Position numbers and translations under genes: made by a program. The notes beneath the pieces were generated by a model that saw only the letters and a list, made by a program, of their open reading frames with translations, had not been told where the DNA came from and made no database searches. Below, one piece after another: positions 26,882-36,655 of a DNA stretch of 64,000 nt (its first letter is position 1; the number at the start of each line of letters is the position of its first letter). The stretch lies in the IMG/VR virus record IMGVR_UViG_3300037424_000553, positions 947 through 64,946 of that record, one strand, 5' to 3'. This DNA is from a virus.

Positions 26882-28183
26882 CTAGAAGCTACCGGTGATG
26901 GAACCGTCGTTGCCGAGCCACCAGAAGCGACTGCCACCGCCGAGCCAGTCGGCTTCGAAACGACGCCGACTCCGGAAGCGGTAGGCGTCCACTTCGAACG
27001 CCGCCCCACTCGCCGGCTGCTCCTGAATCACCTCCAGCGGATCACGCTCCTGAAAGACGAAACCCTTCGCCCGCTCGCCGAGGCCCCATGCCCAGGAGGG
27101 CAGGAACCGCGCCAGGACTGGCTTGATGCCCAGCCCCATGAACGGGTTGGCCCCGAACACACCGCCCGGAAAGCCCGAGGCTGCGGTTGCCGCCGTGCTA
27201 CCGGCCGGACCCGTGATCGCGGGGTAGTACGGCACTCCCGCGGGCGGGCTGACGAGCAGTGGGGCGTGCAGCGCATCCATCGAACTGTGGATCAGCGTGT
27301 TGGGATTGACGATGATCTTGTTCAGCTGTGGATCGAGGGCGTTCAGCAGGTCCGACCACGCCTGCTTCAACGGGTTCAGCGCCAGGGCGACATACGTGCC
27401 CGGACGGTTCCCGTAGGTGCCGTGCAGCGTCGCGCTGAACGGTCCGACGACGGGGTTCCCGTTGATATCGATCGTGGTGTAGTTGGAAGCGGGAACGATG
27501 AGGTTGGAGTAGGTCGCCGCGAGCCCGATAAACCTGAGCGCCGCGTAGGCGTTCTCCGTGATGGCCATGGACTGACCGAGCCGCTGTGCGCGCTGACGGA
27601 TCTGTCCCGTCATGTCGTCGTCGAACAGGTCCCGATCGAACGACTCGATCAACCCGAACTTCTGGTTGACGAGCACGCTGTCCTCACCGATGATGCGTCC
27701 TTCCGGCCAACGATCGCCGCGAGCGATGCGCCCGGCGACCGCGCTCCCATACAGGGGGCCGTACCACTCCGCCACTGCATCGCTGCTCGCCTGCAGAGCG
27801 TAGTCCTGCCACTCGCGTGCGACCGAGATGTACCAGTCGTTCGCGAGCGTCTGGATCCCCTTCCTCAGCAGGAAGCTGAGCGCCGTCTCGGGGATGGCCT
27901 CGCGGAATCCGCGAACCGTCTCCATGCAGGCGTCCATCCACCGCGAGGGCTTGAAGTCATCCCGACTCCAGAGCGGGCAGACCGATTCCGCGAACTCGGT
28001 CAGCTTCTTGCCGTGCCACTTCCGCTCCTTGGCCGTGATGAAGGTGTATCCCTTCTGATGTGCACGCTCGGATTCCGAAAACCCGAGGTTGAGCCCCGCC
28101 TGCAGCTTGGCGGGATCGGCCCCAGCGAGCATCGCCAGAGCGCGAGAGATGTTGTTGATGTCTACCATCTGTCCTGATGCCAT
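26882..28183 (-). CDS. major capsid protein (Mu gpT-like, HK97 fold)
   Basis: 434 codons; after decoration and protease genes; KFGLIESFDRDLFDDD motif. Confidence 0.85.
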   Translation of the reverse strand: MASGQMVDINNISRALAMLAGADPAKLQAGLNLGFSESERAHQKGYTFITAKERKWHGKKLTEFAESVCPLWSRDDFKPSRWMDACMETVRGFREAIPETALSFLLRKGIQTLANDWYISVAREWQDYALQASSDAVAEWYGPLYGSAVAGRIARGDRWPEGRIIGEDSVLVNQKFGLIESFDRDLFDDDMTGQIRQRAQRLGQSMAITENAYAALRFIGLAATYSNLIVPASNYTTIDINGNPVVGPFSATLHGTYGNRPGTYVALALNPLKQAWSDLLNALDPQLNKIIVNPNTLIHSSMDALHAPLLVSPPAGVPYYPAITGPAGSTAATAASGFPGGVFGANPFMGLGIKPVLARFLPSWAWGLGERAKGFVFQERDPLEVIQEQPASGAAFEVDAYRFRSRRRFEADWLGGGSRFWWLGNDGSITGSF

Positions 28184-28205
28184 GGTCGTCATCACCTCGC
28201 TTTCA

Positions 28206-28712
28206 CTAGATCTGTGTCACCGTAAAGGTGTCGATCAGGATCGGGACGCGAACGGCGCCCACGAACGCCTGATTGAGGGGGTTCTCGACGATACCGACCT
28301 GGACACCGTTGCTGCCTTGCGTCTTGGTGACCTTGGTCGTGTCGGTCCCGGACATGTAGACCGGGTTGCCGTGATTGTACGTCTCGCCGGCGGTCCCGAC
28401 CAGAGCGTGGATGCCGCTGGTCATGACTGACAGCTCCCGCGGGGTCAGTGCCGCCTGGTTGCCCAGGTTGGCCATGCCGTCGCCGGGCTCCCGCAGAACA
28501 CCGATGTACTTCCCATTGGCACCCGTCCGGTTGAACCGGAGGATCCGCTGGTTGGTGGCGTCCCATGCCACCATCTCGCCCTGCCCGGGCTGTCCGAGTG
28601 CATCGCTGGTGAATGCCGACGCATCATACCGGTAGGCCACAGGAGATCCGGCGCCACCGGTACCGCGATTGATGTCTTTGATGTACGTGTAGAAGTTGGG
28701 GAACCTGCCCAT
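28206..28712 (-). CDS. capsid decoration/cement protein
   Basis: Size and position; GEMVAWD...YIGV. Confidence 0.6.
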   Translation of the reverse strand: MGRFPNFYTYIKDINRGTGGAGSPVAYRYDASAFTSDALGQPGQGEMVAWDATNQRILRFNRTGANGKYIGVLREPGDGMANLGNQAALTPRELSVMTSGIHALVGTAGETYNHGNPVYMSGTDTTKVTKTQGSNGVQVGIVENPLNQAFVGAVRVPILIDTFTVTQI

Positions 28713-28744
28713 AGTTGCTCGTTACCTCCTCTCTGTCAGCGACG

Positions 28745-30661
28745 TTACTTCTTGTCGCTGCCCTGATAGGACTCCGTGAACTTACCCACCATGTCCTTGA
28801 CGGTGACTTCGCCCTTCTCGCCGCTACCCTCGAGCGACCCGGCCTCACGGACGGGCTGCAGATGCCGTGCCATCAGCTTCGCCTCGCGGGCGATCTGATT
28901 GCTGGCCTGCTTGATCGCGGACGGCCACTGCTCCGGCTCGTAGAGCGTGACCAGCTCCTTGGCGGAGAGGATATCGGCCGGGACGTTCGCCTCCTTCAAC
29001 AGCTTGCCGGCCTCTTCGAGCCGATCGAATGCGATCACCTTGGACTTCAGGCGACGATTCTCGATCGCGAGCTTCTGGTTCTCCTTCAGTGCCTGTGACA
29101 GATTCCGATTGGTCTTCACGAACCTCCCCTCCTTCGCCTCGAGCTGCCGCTCGATCATGGTGATACGACCGCGCAGCTGCCGCTCGGATTCGCCCATCGT
29201 TTCGCCGGTCCGGGCCAACGTGAACCCTTCCGGCGGTGCGACTTCGTTGACCGTCGAACACTTGGCGCACTTGTACTGCATGCGCTGTCCCGCCTCGGCC
29301 TCGTCGCCCATCCCCATATCCCCGTCACCGCCCTCGTCGTCGTCGGCATCCTCGTCATCGCCGAACGCTTCCTTCTCCGCGTCCTCACCTTCGGCTGCCT
29401 TGCCTTCCTGCTCGGATCCCTCGGCTTCCTGCTCGCCCCCTTCGGCCTCTTCCTCGCCTTCCTTTTCCTTGCCCTCGGTCTCTTCCTCACCCTCGGCGGC
29501 GACCATCTCGGGGTCACCTGCGCCCATGGCGCCGGCATCCTCACCCTCGGGGATCTCCTCCGCGGGCATGTCGCCCTCGGGCACTTCCTCTGGAACCTCT
29601 TCGGCGCCACCGCCCAGGCCCAGCTCCTTGGACAGCTCACCGATGTCCTGCTGGATGTCCATCAGAATGTCCGCGACGTCGACGCCTGCCTTGTCAGCGC
29701 CGGCCTTGGCCTTCGCGAACTTCGCGCCGGCTGCCTTCAGCTTCTCGGTGGCGACTTCCACCACCGCCTCCAGGTTGTCCTGACTCGCAGCTTCGCGAAT
29801 CGAGCGCTTGAGCGCCTTGACTTCCCGGAACAAGATCATCGTCTCCTTGCTCGCGGCGAGTTGCAGGGCTTCCTTCGCCTTCTTGGGATCAACGACGACT
29901 TTCGTCGGATCCTTCTTGCCCGCCTCCTTGGCTACCGCCGTTGCCATGTAGCGACCTCCTCCTGCCCCCGTCCGGGGCGATGCTTCCCGACGCTTCTGCG
30001 TCTGGGAGCGTGTCCAGGCTGCCGCGCGGGCAGCCTCTTGGATCAGCGCCAGGAACCGCCCACCCCGGGCAGGTTTCGTGACGATATCGGCGCTGAATGC
30101 TTCTTGAATCTCCGTCACCAGATTGACCTGCATCCCACGGATCGTCCCTGGGTGCGAGATGCCGCCCCCATTGATGCTGATCCCGGCATAGACATCCTTG
30201 CTCTGTGGAAATTGCTTCTGGTACTTCAGCGCCGCCTCGACCTTGCCCATCGCCGTAGACCCGGCCTCGGTAGTATCGAACTCCAGATCCGAGAAGCAGG
30301 CTCGCAAGCGCTGCCCCGTTGCTGGATCTGGGACGTAGCCGAGCGTGCATTCCCCAAACCATCCAGCGAGATCATAGATGGATCGCTCCGGGCGATCACT
30401 CTCTTCGCTCTCTGACGGATGGTCGATGTAGAACTGCTTGCCACGGAACACTGCTGCCGCTGACTCGATGGCCTCGGCCGTGTAGTAGTTCTTGTCGCGG
30501 AGATTGCCCAAGCCTTCGGTGATGATGATGCACTTGGCTTTCCGTGTGACTGTGTCGACACCAACACCGTTGGCTTCGACGAATGGCGTCAGAGTGACGA
30601 ACCGCATCTCGCGGGCCTTCCACCCTGTCACCGGCTTTTTCTCAGCGACTGCTGTCGTCAT
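28745..30661 (-). CDS. prohead protease-scaffold fusion
   Basis: N-terminal YIDHP...AGISING...SADIVTKPARGGRF; acidic linker; C-terminal coiled coil. Confidence 0.8.
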   Translation of the reverse strand: MTTAVAEKKPVTGWKAREMRFVTLTPFVEANGVGVDTVTRKAKCIIITEGLGNLRDKNYYTAEAIESAAAVFRGKQFYIDHPSESEESDRPERSIYDLAGWFGECTLGYVPDPATGQRLRACFSDLEFDTTEAGSTAMGKVEAALKYQKQFPQSKDVYAGISINGGGISHPGTIRGMQVNLVTEIQEAFSADIVTKPARGGRFLALIQEAARAAAWTRSQTQKRREASPRTGAGGGRYMATAVAKEAGKKDPTKVVVDPKKAKEALQLAASKETMILFREVKALKRSIREAASQDNLEAVVEVATEKLKAAGAKFAKAKAGADKAGVDVADILMDIQQDIGELSKELGLGGGAEEVPEEVPEGDMPAEEIPEGEDAGAMGAGDPEMVAAEGEEETEGKEKEGEEEAEGGEQEAEGSEQEGKAAEGEDAEKEAFGDDEDADDDEGGDGDMGMGDEAEAGQRMQYKCAKCSTVNEVAPPEGFTLARTGETMGESERQLRGRITMIERQLEAKEGRFVKTNRNLSQALKENQKLAIENRRLKSKVIAFDRLEEAGKLLKEANVPADILSAKELVTLYEPEQWPSAIKQASNQIAREAKLMARHLQPVREAGSLEGSGEKGEVTVKDMVGKFTESYQGSDKK

Positions 30662-31185
30662 ACGTCATAGCCCCGCTGACGAAGAATTCCAAGTGTTGAC
30701 TGATTCCCACGTGCGCCACGCTTGAGTGCCGCGCGACGTCCTCGTTCAGCTTTGTCGTGTCGCTGCAAACGAGCCTGATCAGCACGGGCATTGGCGATGT
30801 GTTGCGGGACATACTTGCCAGCGCCACCACCCTTGCGACCAGATCCCGGACCACCCTCACTCTCACCCTCACCCTTGTGCGAAGACATCCCCATGTTGTC
30901 CATCCACCAGGCGAGTGCCCAGGGGTTGGTGATGTCGGGATGTTTCTTCATCGCCTTGACCGTCCCCTCCCAACCAGGTGGAGAGACTTCGCCAACCGCA
31001 CTGGCCATGCAGGCTTTCCAGTCTTTGTGCTTCGTCGCTGCATCCCACAGCTTCTGAAGCGGCGAGCGTGGCTCTTCGTTGGCTTCCTCGAAGGAATCCA
31101 AGAATGTATCCACTGGATCTGCGATGAAGACATTGAGCGTCAACTCACGCTCGATCATCTTCGCGATCTGATCGACGTCCTTCAT
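30658..31185 (-). CDS. head accessory protein with EGGPGSGR motif
   Basis: Also contains ITNPWALAWWM. Confidence 0.7.
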   Translation of the reverse strand: MKDVDQIAKMIERELTLNVFIADPVDTFLDSFEEANEEPRSPLQKLWDAATKHKDWKACMASAVGEVSPPGWEGTVKAMKKHPDITNPWALAWWMDNMGMSSHKGEGESEGGPGSGRKGGGAGKYVPQHIANARADQARLQRHDKAERGRRAALKRGARGNQSTLGILRQRGYDV

Positions 31186-32459
31186 GCAGCTCCTCTCCGT
31201 CCATGACGAAGCCCTGGCGCGGTATAGTCCTGCGCATCGCTCCCGGGCATGTCGCTGATTGCGCTATGCGCACCCATCGTACTCATCGCCTCGTTCTCAC
31301 CGGAGACGAGCGATGCTCTGACCACCAGGAACGCCCGCTGAATTGCCTTGGCCGTCGATGGATCCACTGGCTTCTGCTTGATCCGCGCCTTGCGCTCACC
31401 GGGCTTCTCGCGTCTGGTGAACGTCGAGATCTGCCGATCCTCATCACCCTCGGGCTCTTGCTTGGCGTAGATCGTCTTGCCACCGGGACGACGCCCTGAA
31501 CCGGGTCCACCCTCACTAGCTCCAAAACGACGTCGCAACTTGGCCCGCATCGCTGGTGAAATCTTTGGATTGACTGGTTCACCTTTGGCAGGACCTTGGA
31601 GTGGACCTTTGAATGGCTTCCCACTGAAGTCAAGTGGACCTTCAACAGGTTTGCCAGTAAATGAATCCAATCCGGCACCAGGCTTCTCAGCATAAGGGCG
31701 TTCCGTACGATGGCCTCGGCGTCCTGATCCAGGCCCACCCTCGCTTTCGTGTACACTCAAATCTTGTTGCAGCGAGTCGACGCCCTGTCCCTGCGAGACG
31801 ACCTGTTGATCCGCGGTGTAGCGAATCCAGTTCCCGGAATCCCAGACGCGGATCTCTTCATCCGTTCCGGGATTCGTGTAGACGATGGTGTCGTGATCGT
31901 TCGCATGAAACCGCCAGCCTTGTCCACTCAGGAGTGCGGCATGCTCATCGGTGCCAGGAACAGCTGATTCCTTTTTCGCACTGTCGACGAAGCTGGCCTG
32001 CACCACTGGCGACGCCTGTCGACGCATCGGATCATCCTTCGCTTCGAACTCATTGCAGACATCGACGGGACGAATCAACCCAGCAACTAGATCGCAGGCA
32101 CCAGGGAAGAGGAAGTGCGTACACTTGACACAGGACCGTGCGGGATTTTCCGCGTAGCGGTAGTTGACATCTTCCTTGGTCTCGAGACGTCCGGGCATCG
32201 CCTGCGTGAATTCTGCTTCACTCGACTTCATTGCTTTACGGAGTTTCAGCTTGCGCCGAACATCATCAACGAAGGCGGCGACTGGAATCGGCTCGTGCTT
32301 CGCCGTTGATTTCTTCGGCACCACCTTGACACCCTTGCGGAGCAGCGGGCTGTGCGAGAACATCGCCTGCGCGGTGTACATCTCCGTACTCTTGGATCCA
32401 GCAGGCATGTTCTTGCCCTGATCGATCCAGCTCTCACAGACGAGTGTGCTTGGTTGCAT
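31182..32459 (-). CDS. head accessory protein with HiPIP-like domain and two EGGPGSGR motifs
   Basis: CVKC-x8-C-x12-C; HESEGGPGSGRR and GASEGGPGSGRR. Confidence 0.7.
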   Translation of the reverse strand: MQPSTLVCESWIDQGKNMPAGSKSTEMYTAQAMFSHSPLLRKGVKVVPKKSTAKHEPIPVAAFVDDVRRKLKLRKAMKSSEAEFTQAMPGRLETKEDVNYRYAENPARSCVKCTHFLFPGACDLVAGLIRPVDVCNEFEAKDDPMRRQASPVVQASFVDSAKKESAVPGTDEHAALLSGQGWRFHANDHDTIVYTNPGTDEEIRVWDSGNWIRYTADQQVVSQGQGVDSLQQDLSVHESEGGPGSGRRGHRTERPYAEKPGAGLDSFTGKPVEGPLDFSGKPFKGPLQGPAKGEPVNPKISPAMRAKLRRRFGASEGGPGSGRRPGGKTIYAKQEPEGDEDRQISTFTRREKPGERKARIKQKPVDPSTAKAIQRAFLVVRASLVSGENEAMSTMGAHSAISDMPGSDAQDYTAPGLRHGRRGAA

Positions 32460-32464
32460 CGCTC

Positions 32465-32749
32465 CTAGAAGTTCATCCCCCGCTTGACACGCTTGTAGAG
32501 ATCTCGCAACCCCTCGAGGTCCGCCTTCTCATGGACGCCGATGTAGGTGATCTCGATCATGCCTGTGGCGCGATCACGCCGTGAAGCGACTCGCATCTCC
32601 GCATCGCCCCGCTGTTTCATCTCGTTGAACGCCTCCAGCACCATGGTCTGCTCCAGCTTCGCGATCTGTACCGCGAGTGATGCTTTCTTCTCTTCCACCG
32701 TCTCCACCGGATTTCCCGGTGCGCCCGTATCCTTGTCGACTTTCATCAT
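32465..32749 (-). CDS. hypothetical protein
   Basis: SD AGGAGG. Confidence 0.7.
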   Translation of the reverse strand: MMKVDKDTGAPGNPVETVEEKKASLAVQIAKLEQTMVLEAFNEMKQRGDAEMRVASRRDRATGMIEITYIGVHEKADLEGLRDLYKRVKRGMNF

Positions 32750-32780
32750 CGCCTCCTGTGTCGTTATGTACTATCCTCGG

Positions 32781-32904
32781 CTGTCTCGTCTTCAACAACA
32801 AAGGCGGAAAACCAAGCTGCCGGGGCCCGGTCCTCCGCCTCTGTCATCTAGCAATCCCGCCTACACTCCCGCTGGCGTCCCGGCGGGCGTGGGAGACGAG
32901 ACAG
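32781..32904 (-). ncRNA. candidate structured intergenic RNA / attenuator
   Basis: 11-bp closing stem around two internal hairpins, one terminator-like. Confidence 0.45.
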
Positions 32905-32914
32905 TCGAAGTCTG

Positions 32915-33454
32915 CTACAGCATCACACGTGCTCCTGCATTCGCACCGCGGTTCCAGCCGTAGAGCTGTCCGCCGACGCGGGTGTCGATGACGAGCTGCT
33001 TGTCGAGCCAGCGGAAGTTGTCGTAGCTGACCCCTGCCAGGATCATCAACGGCTCACGCTGCTTGACCATGCCCCACTGATCCACCATCGCGGCGACGAA
33101 CTGTGCAAGCTCATCACGAAGATCCTCGAGCTTCGTATTCTTCTCGATGATCTCCTCGATGACTGGATCTACGTGATAGCGCTGTTCCATGAACGGCGGG
33201 AGATCCCCGTATCCGATGGTGATGACGAGCTGCCCATCGCGGGTCCAGGTGGTCTCTGCGAACTTGACCTGCTTGAGATCGATGGAACTGAACTGCGCCT
33301 TCATCGCTTCGAATTGTCCGACGATCCCGATGACGAGCGCTGTGAGGGCTGGCCGCATGGCGCGGATGGTCTCACCACGCCGCTCCAGCAACTCATTGAC
33401 GAAGCCACGGATCTTGTGCCCGGGCTCGCCATGCAGGACTTGTGTCTCGCTCAT
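32915..33454 (-). CDS. hypothetical protein
   Basis: 179 aa, coupled. Confidence 0.7.
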   Translation of the reverse strand: MSETQVLHGEPGHKIRGFVNELLERRGETIRAMRPALTALVIGIVGQFEAMKAQFSSIDLKQVKFAETTWTRDGQLVITIGYGDLPPFMEQRYHVDPVIEEIIEKNTKLEDLRDELAQFVAAMVDQWGMVKQREPLMILAGVSYDNFRWLDKQLVIDTRVGGQLYGWNRGANAGARVML

Positions 33455-33903
33455 TTCCTCGTCTTGACCTTCCGCTTTTTCCTGGAGGCCTTCACCGTCT
33501 TCGCGGCGGCGTCATCATCGTCGTCATCGCCCTCATCATCGGGCACTGGCCGTGGGCGTCCTGCCTTCACCTTCGCCGGCTTCTTCATGGGCGGTGCCCC
33601 GAACGTCGGTGGCGCCCAGTTCTCTCGCACTGCTCCAGGGCGTTGCCCCCAGGTCCGGGCACTGACGTGATACACCGCCATGTAATGCCCTTCCCCGTTC
33701 AGGCACTCGAAGAGCTGATTGCCGCTGTGCATGTCCTGATGCGTCGGATAGAGCAGCACCTTCGTCGGCCAGCAGATCGGGCACATCGGGGGCAATGACT
33801 GGAAGCTCTTGTTCAGGACGATGTCATCGGGCTTCATCGGATTCACACCGATCGGGATGCCCATCTCCCGCGCGATCCCTTCGACGTTGGTGACGAGTCC
33901 CAT
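33451..33903 (-). CDS. zinc-ribbon protein with charged tail
   Basis: CPIC...C..GH. Confidence 0.65.
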   Translation of the reverse strand: MGLVTNVEGIAREMGIPIGVNPMKPDDIVLNKSFQSLPPMCPICWPTKVLLYPTHQDMHSGNQLFECLNGEGHYMAVYHVSARTWGQRPGAVRENWAPPTFGAPPMKKPAKVKAGRPRPVPDDEGDDDDDDAAAKTVKASRKKRKVKTRK

Positions 33904-33907
33904 AGTC

Positions 33908-34147
33908 CTAGCGCCTCCGCTTCGCCGCTGATGCGGTCGTCACGGGCGTCTTGACTTCCTTCGGTGGCGTGATGTCGACTTGCCGCGAGCAGGTGCCCTC
34001 GCACTTGAGGATGATCTTCAGCTCGCCTGTCGTGCTGGACGGATGCGAGAGCTTCCGCATCGGACGCCCACAACACTGTGTCGGCATGCGCGCTGGTTCG
34101 CGAAGCTGTTTGACTTCTTTCATCGCCGCTTTCCCCTTCGTTGTCAT
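33908..34147 (-). CDS. small zinc-finger-like protein
   Basis: CCGRPM...CEGTC; SD AGGAGG. Confidence 0.6.
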   Translation of the reverse strand: MTTKGKAAMKEVKQLREPARMPTQCCGRPMRKLSHPSSTTGELKIILKCEGTCSRQVDITPPKEVKTPVTTASAAKRRR

Positions 34148-34223
34148 CCGGCCCTCCTGTGTCGTTGTTGCGCTGGGCCTCCTGACATCCTCTACATGCA
34201 ACAAGCCCGAGTGGAAGATTCGC

Positions 34224-34424
34224 CTATCCTCCACTCGGGCTGTGCGGACTCCTCAGCGCCACCCGCTTGTTGATGGTGAGTATACAACACTCACCTCTGG
34301 TGTTGTCCACTGCTATTTTGTTCTGGTCAGCAGCCTGAAGAATGAGCCCCTTCCTTCTCGTCTCGTTCAACTGGTAGACCTTCCCACGATGAACAACAAG
34401 GCAAGGCAGCTTCAGCTTGGTCAT
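34224..34424 (-). CDS. small protein with HemP-like motif
   Basis: VVHRGKVYQLNETRRKGLIL. Confidence 0.45.
   Translation of the reverse strand: MTKLKLPCLVVHRGKVYQLNETRRKGLILQAADQNKIAVDNTRGECCILTINKRVALRSPHSPSGG
34275..34309 (-). promoter_or_regulatory. putative promoter TGGACA-N19-TATACT with overlapping inverted repeat
   Basis: GGTGAGT/ACTCACC inverted repeat (34275-34295) spans the -10. Confidence 0.5.
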
Positions 34425-36655
34425 GATTCTCCCCAGAGTGCCTTGATGTTGTGACGTTGGAGGAATAGCCGCTCGTCCGTGGCGAGATCCCTGAAGTCGA
34501 TCGCGAGCACGGCATCCGTCTCGTCAGTTGAACTCCAGTCTTTGTGCTTCGTGATGTTCATACAGAGGAAGACCATCGTCCGACTCCATGGCCTGAAGAG
34601 TGTGCCGAGCAGTCTGACTACTCTGACGTGCTGGCCTGTCTCCTCAAGCATCTCTCGAACAACGGCATCACGGGCAGACTCCCCAGCGTCGATGTGCCCA
34701 CCAGGCAGGACCCATCGTGCAAGGCCACGAGGCATGATTGCCCAAATGCGTCCATCACGCTCAAGTACTGCTGCGGCAACTCGAGTGTATGGAGCAAGGA
34801 TGTCGGACGCGAAATCGTCCGCGGCATAGATCACCTCACCTGTCGTGACGTTGACGATCGTTCGAATCTGTATATCATGCTCAGTGGCATACTCACCAAA
34901 GACAAAGTGCGGATTCGGTGGATGTCCCTGCCGCCAGAACATTGTCATCAGCGCTTGCAAGAAGTTGCCGTTCGCATCATCGTTCCATCGAACTTCTGAT
35001 GGATCGACTGCGCCTGTCGTAATGTTCTCTGCAGTCTGCTGATCGACGAGTGCGATGGCGAACCGAGGTATGACAGGGAAGGTCACAGCTCGGAGTGCTG
35101 GCCAGCGTTGCAGGATCTCTCGCGGGAGTCTGGCGACTTGAACATCCCATGGTGGTTGAATCACTGCACTATCATCAGCACTGCCCTGGAGCGTATCGAT
35201 CGGATACGCCGTCGGTTCCACGGGACGCCATGATGCCCAGCTCCGAACTTCAACAGCATGGCCCTCACGCTTTCTGAGCAGCACCGAATCCGGACGATCC
35301 GTCGCTACGGCAGTGAGGAGACTCCCCCATGTTCCTGTCTCGTACCCAACAGCCTCGCGTGGGAGACTCCGCCATGGGATGCTCTTGTAGACGGCGCCAG
35401 CTTCGTGCATCACCGCCGTGATCGTGGAGACCGGCTGCAGGATTTCATGCCCCCACGCCCAGCCCGCTTCCTTTGCAAACTTCGCTCTGATCTCATCAAC
35501 CTTATCCTGCACCGCCTTCTTGGAAATCTTGCTGAGCGGAATGACGCCGGTCGAGCGTGACTTGTTGTCCGTGATCAACACCAGCGGATCGGCCTTGATG
35601 CTCGGGAAGGATTGAATCCCATCGAACGTCGCGCCGGCATCATCAGCCCACTGCTTGACATCTTCAGGTGACGAGCCACCGCCCCCGGCAAACTTGCCAT
35701 CATCGTCCCGAGGATGCTGCCCTGGATCCCACGCTTCTTCCATCCGTGCCTGCCGTCGGCTGTAGCCCATGCCCGAGAGCACGGCAGTCGCCTGCATCTT
35801 CATCGCCTTGATTTCGTCGAGATCATCCATGAGCATGATCGTACACCGGCAGTTGTAGTGCCTGGGTGGCGCTTCGCCATCGAGATCTTCGTCGATGCGC
35901 AGACCATGCCGCGCGACACACCCTGGCGTGACGTTTGGATCATCGATCATGGCGAACCACACCATGTACGATTCCATCCGTTCGCCCTGCTGCGTCATCA
36001 ACAGATTCCACTGGCGTCTGGCTTCGTTCTTGTAGACCTTCACAGAGCCATACGCGTTGTACGCCGGCTTCTTCAGCTTGTCGACGCCGAACGTCTTGCT
36101 GATCTTGGCTCGCAGTGTCGCAAAGTCATCGCCATTGATGAGACCACGCCGGAGATCGTTGGTCACCACTCGCTTCATGTCATCGCCCATGGCCATGATG
36201 CGATCTTCGAATGTCGCGCCCCCGATCACACTGGTGGTGAGCTCCCCGAGTACGTGCTGCGTCGTGACGGGCAACTTGAAGAACGGCCCACGCTTGAGCA
36301 AGCGGGCAAGACGTCGCTCCAAAACATCAGGCTGTTGATTGAGCATGTCCGCCATTTTCGCGGTCGCCCGCTGTCCGACCTCGTCGGTGAGCTGATCCAG
36401 CTCACGATCGATCTTGGCCTGCATCTGCCGGAACGCCCCGGTGCTCCGCGCCTTGACATACGACGGATCCTCGGACAAGTAGGTGTCGTAGATCCCACGC
36501 AAGTTCGTCGTCAGGCGATCACGCGAGGCCTGATAGAGCTTCGCAATGTCAACAGCGTCGCTGTCCAGGCGTCGATTCAACCAATCGCGAACATGCTCGT
36601 TCGCCGCCTTGAGCAACTGCGCCGGTGTCTTCGTGGCTTCGATGAGTAGACTCAT
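34421..36655 (-). CDS. MuF (SPP1 gp7-like) minor head protein fused to C-terminal NUDIX hydrolase
   Basis: PPRHYNCRC; WDPGQHPRDDDGKF; Nudix box GGHIDAGESARDAVVREMLEETG. Confidence 0.85.
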   Translation of the reverse strand: MSLLIEATKTPAQLLKAANEHVRDWLNRRLDSDAVDIAKLYQASRDRLTTNLRGIYDTYLSEDPSYVKARSTGAFRQMQAKIDRELDQLTDEVGQRATAKMADMLNQQPDVLERRLARLLKRGPFFKLPVTTQHVLGELTTSVIGGATFEDRIMAMGDDMKRVVTNDLRRGLINGDDFATLRAKISKTFGVDKLKKPAYNAYGSVKVYKNEARRQWNLLMTQQGERMESYMVWFAMIDDPNVTPGCVARHGLRIDEDLDGEAPPRHYNCRCTIMLMDDLDEIKAMKMQATAVLSGMGYSRRQARMEEAWDPGQHPRDDDGKFAGGGGSSPEDVKQWADDAGATFDGIQSFPSIKADPLVLITDNKSRSTGVIPLSKISKKAVQDKVDEIRAKFAKEAGWAWGHEILQPVSTITAVMHEAGAVYKSIPWRSLPREAVGYETGTWGSLLTAVATDRPDSVLLRKREGHAVEVRSWASWRPVEPTAYPIDTLQGSADDSAVIQPPWDVQVARLPREILQRWPALRAVTFPVIPRFAIALVDQQTAENITTGAVDPSEVRWNDDANGNFLQALMTMFWRQGHPPNPHFVFGEYATEHDIQIRTIVNVTTGEVIYAADDFASDILAPYTRVAAAVLERDGRIWAIMPRGLARWVLPGGHIDAGESARDAVVREMLEETGQHVRVVRLLGTLFRPWSRTMVFLCMNITKHKDWSSTDETDAVLAIDFRDLATDERLFLQRHNIKALWGES

